From a virus (lineage: Duplodnaviria > Caudoviricetes), in the IMG/VR virus record IMGVR_UViG_3300021403_000001, positions 1 to 57,886 of that record: a stretch of 57,886 nucleotides of DNA; one strand, 5' to 3'. This document shows, in pieces, positions 56,208 to 57,886 of this stretch. The position numbers were made by a program, and so were the translations under genes. Every line of letters begins with the position of its first letter. Positions within the stretch are counted from its first letter, which is position 1. The notes below the pieces were generated by a model. It was not told where the DNA came from and made no database searches. It worked only from the letters and a program-made list of their open reading frames with translations.

Positions 56208-57886
56208 TTACTGCGCCCACTTCAGCTTGCCATCGATCTTGACAGGTTGGCCCTTTGGCAAATGGGCGTTGAACGCTTCGCGCGCCGTGGGGAACTCAGG
56301 CGGGGCGATCAGGCGCGGGTCCTTCATCTCAGCTTCGTTGAACAGCGGATGCTTGACGTAGTAGTCGTGAATCGCCTGATCTAAGCCAACATTCATCTTT
56401 CCGGGGCGGTTGCCGGGATTGGACTCATATTCCCGCGTAATGCGCGCGATTTCTTGAACATCGCGATAGGTCCGGTCTGTTATCTCGACCAAGAGTCGGT
56501 TCGTAACTGGCGTGATGCCAAGGTTGGCAATCGACTTCTGCATATTTTTGACTTCGGCGATGCGAACCGGACCAGCGCCCGATGCACCCAACGCCCTGAT
56601 CTGGCTGGTGAGCATGTCGCTGACGATCTTGTTAAAGCCTTCCTGCGGAAGCGCCTTGTTCGGGTCGGCACCAATCGTCGCAGCGAATTGCTTATAAGCC
56701 CGGTTGGTCGGCTCGAGCGGACCAGAATAGAAGTTCGGGCTATTGATGAGCGTTTTCGCCAACTGGATTTTCGGCTGCTCGATAGACGCCTCGGTCGCCG
56801 CTTTCTGGATGCCTTCATATTTTTTGCTGTAGGCAATCGAGTCCTGCTTGGCGAGCTCGACGCCACCACCTACGCGCGCCTGGTAGCCAGCCATCGTTTC
56901 GCCGGGCAGGTGGTCGGAGTTAAAGTTCTTCATATCCGGCGTAGATTTGTCCTCCTCGCTCAGGTAGTCGCGGATTTGCTTGGCTCGAGCATCCGTTGCC
57001 TCCGCTTCCGACTTTGCCATCTCCGACGCCTTCGGATTGACATTGGCAATTGCCGCTCCATAGGCGCGAAGACGCGTTGCCCTCGCTGACAGCGCATCGG
57101 CATCGGCTTGTGACCATCCGGGCGAGGCATCGGATTGAGGCTGCGCTGTGACCTGTGGAACGCCCGCTTGGGCAACGCGCTGATTAGGCGTTAGCTGGGG
57201 TGTTCCTTCTTGCGGGGCGCTCTGCGGCACGCCAGAGGCCGTTGCGGATGAAGTCGGTGCAGCCGAGGCCATCACGACATTGCCAATGCCGCCCTTCTTG
57301 AGTTGGGCGATCGCGGGGCCTAATACGTTCCTGACCTGCGGGTCCTGAGTGTCAATCGGCGCGTTCGGCGCAACGCCAAGCTGGCGCGCGACGGACTCCG
57401 ACGCTGCTTGTAATTGATCGTTCGGGATGCCTTGAGCAGAAAGAATGCTCATGACGGTTGGCTGAGCCGTTTGTGCCGGCGCTGCTGCTGGGCCGCTGGG
57501 AGCGCTAGCCGATGGCTGCGCTACGGGCGCCCTTTGTGGTGCTGGGCCTCCTGCCGGGGTTGGCTGGCCTGCCATGATGGCATTAGCTGCAGTCTGACCT
57601 TGCTGACCCGCGATCTGCGTATTGATCAGCGGCATCGCGTAGTCGGGATTTATGCGCGCTAGTTTGTCCGTGACCGCGCCAACATCAATAGGAGCATTCG
57701 GATCGGTGCTACCGCCAACCTTCGGAATGCCATTGCGGAAGAGAGTTGCCTTCTCCTCCTCCCGTCCCATCTGCTTTCCCTTGACCCAATCCTGCAAGAG
57801 ATTGGCGATGCCGGAAAAGTCCTGCACGGGCGGCGCGTAGTTTGCCGTCGTCGGCGCATTGACGACTGGTGAATCCCAGCTCGCCA
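56208..57886 (-). CDS. Internal virion / ejection protein spanning the circular junction (true ATG at 125-127)
   Basis: Across the overlap the frame reads MASWDSPVVNAPTTANYAPPVQDFSG...; the ATG is TGATG-coupled to ORF 127-792. Confidence 0.75.
   Translation of the reverse strand, partial: ASWDSPVVNAPTTANYAPPVQDFSGIANLLQDWVKGKQMGREEEKATLFRNGIPKVGGSTDPNAPIDVGAVTDKLARINPDYAMPLINTQIAGQQGQTAANAIMAGQPTPAGGPAPQRAPVAQPSASAPSGPAAAPAQTAQPTVMSILSAQGIPNDQLQAASESVARQLGVAPNAPIDTQDPQVRNVLGPAIAQLKKGGIGNVVMASAAPTSSATASGVPQSAPQEGTPQLTPNQRVAQAGVPQVTAQPQSDASPGWSQADADALSARATRLRAYGAAIANVNPKASEMAKSEAEATDARAKQIRDYLSEEDKSTPDMKNFNSDHLPGETMAGYQARVGGGVELAKQDSIAYSKKYEGIQKAATEASIEQPKIQLAKTLINSPNFYSGPLEPTNRAYKQFAATIGADPNKALPQEGFNKIVSDMLTSQIRALGASGAGPVRIAEVKNMQKSIANLGITPVTNRLLVEITDRTYRDVQEIARITREYESNPGNRPGKMNVGLDQAIHDYYVKHPLFNEAEMKDPRLIAPPEFPTAREAFNAHLPKGQPVKIDGKLKWAQ
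57761..57886. repeat. Terminal direct repeat, right copy
   Basis: Identical to 1-126. Confidence 0.95.

Larger units (their letters stand above)
1..57886. mobile_element. Complete temperate tailed phage genome (podovirus-like, alphaproteobacterial host), circular form
   Basis: Terminase, portal, capsid, tail, lysis, CI/Cro, integrase and replication genes are all present; no host genes seen; terminal overlap. Confidence 0.92.

Noticed and set aside
1-57886. CRISPR array, tRNA genes, or a diversity-generating retroelement
   Set aside because: No regularly spaced repeats, cloverleaf with a TTCGA arm and CCA end, reverse transcriptase, or TR/VR pair was seen by eye

Overview
The window is an apparently complete, circular temperate dsDNA phage genome of about 57.76 kb. 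Bases 1-126 are repeated exactly at 57761-57886, which looks like an assembly overlap. Gene content points to an alphaproteobacterial, probably Rhizobiales-type, host. Minus-strand late region: terminase small and large subunits, a P22-like portal, scaffold, an N4-gp56/DUF4043-type major capsid, gp4/gp10-like head-tail proteins, ejection proteins, tail proteins, a beta-helix tailspike and a lysis cassette. Minus-strand early/replication region: Cro, GcrA-like, LexA-like, GapR-like, RuvC-like, primase, C5 methyltransferase and DnaB. Plus-strand region: CI, RecT/Bet, NinB, an exonuclease, an amino-methyltransferase, a PAPS-reductase-like gene, Xis/Int, a likely intact attP and an array of small accessory genes. 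Most notable observations: (1) a set of host cell-cycle regulator mimics (receiver-less CtrA-type winged helices, GcrA, a GapR-RMF fusion), together with a repeated asymmetric motif upstream of late operons; (2) a stand-alone TnpB with a rearranged RuvC-II, a frameshifted RuvC-III and no IS ends; (3) several candidate structured RNAs, including a GNRA-rich RNA ending in G6-UA-G6 next to an AT-rich tract, and an 18-bp inverted-repeat element between two convergent paralogous Zn-ribbon genes; (4) a TAAC-N5-GTTA-like motif at accessory gene junctions; (5) a nested alternative-frame methyltransferase subunit. All family assignments come from motifs recognised by eye. No database search or folding program was run.
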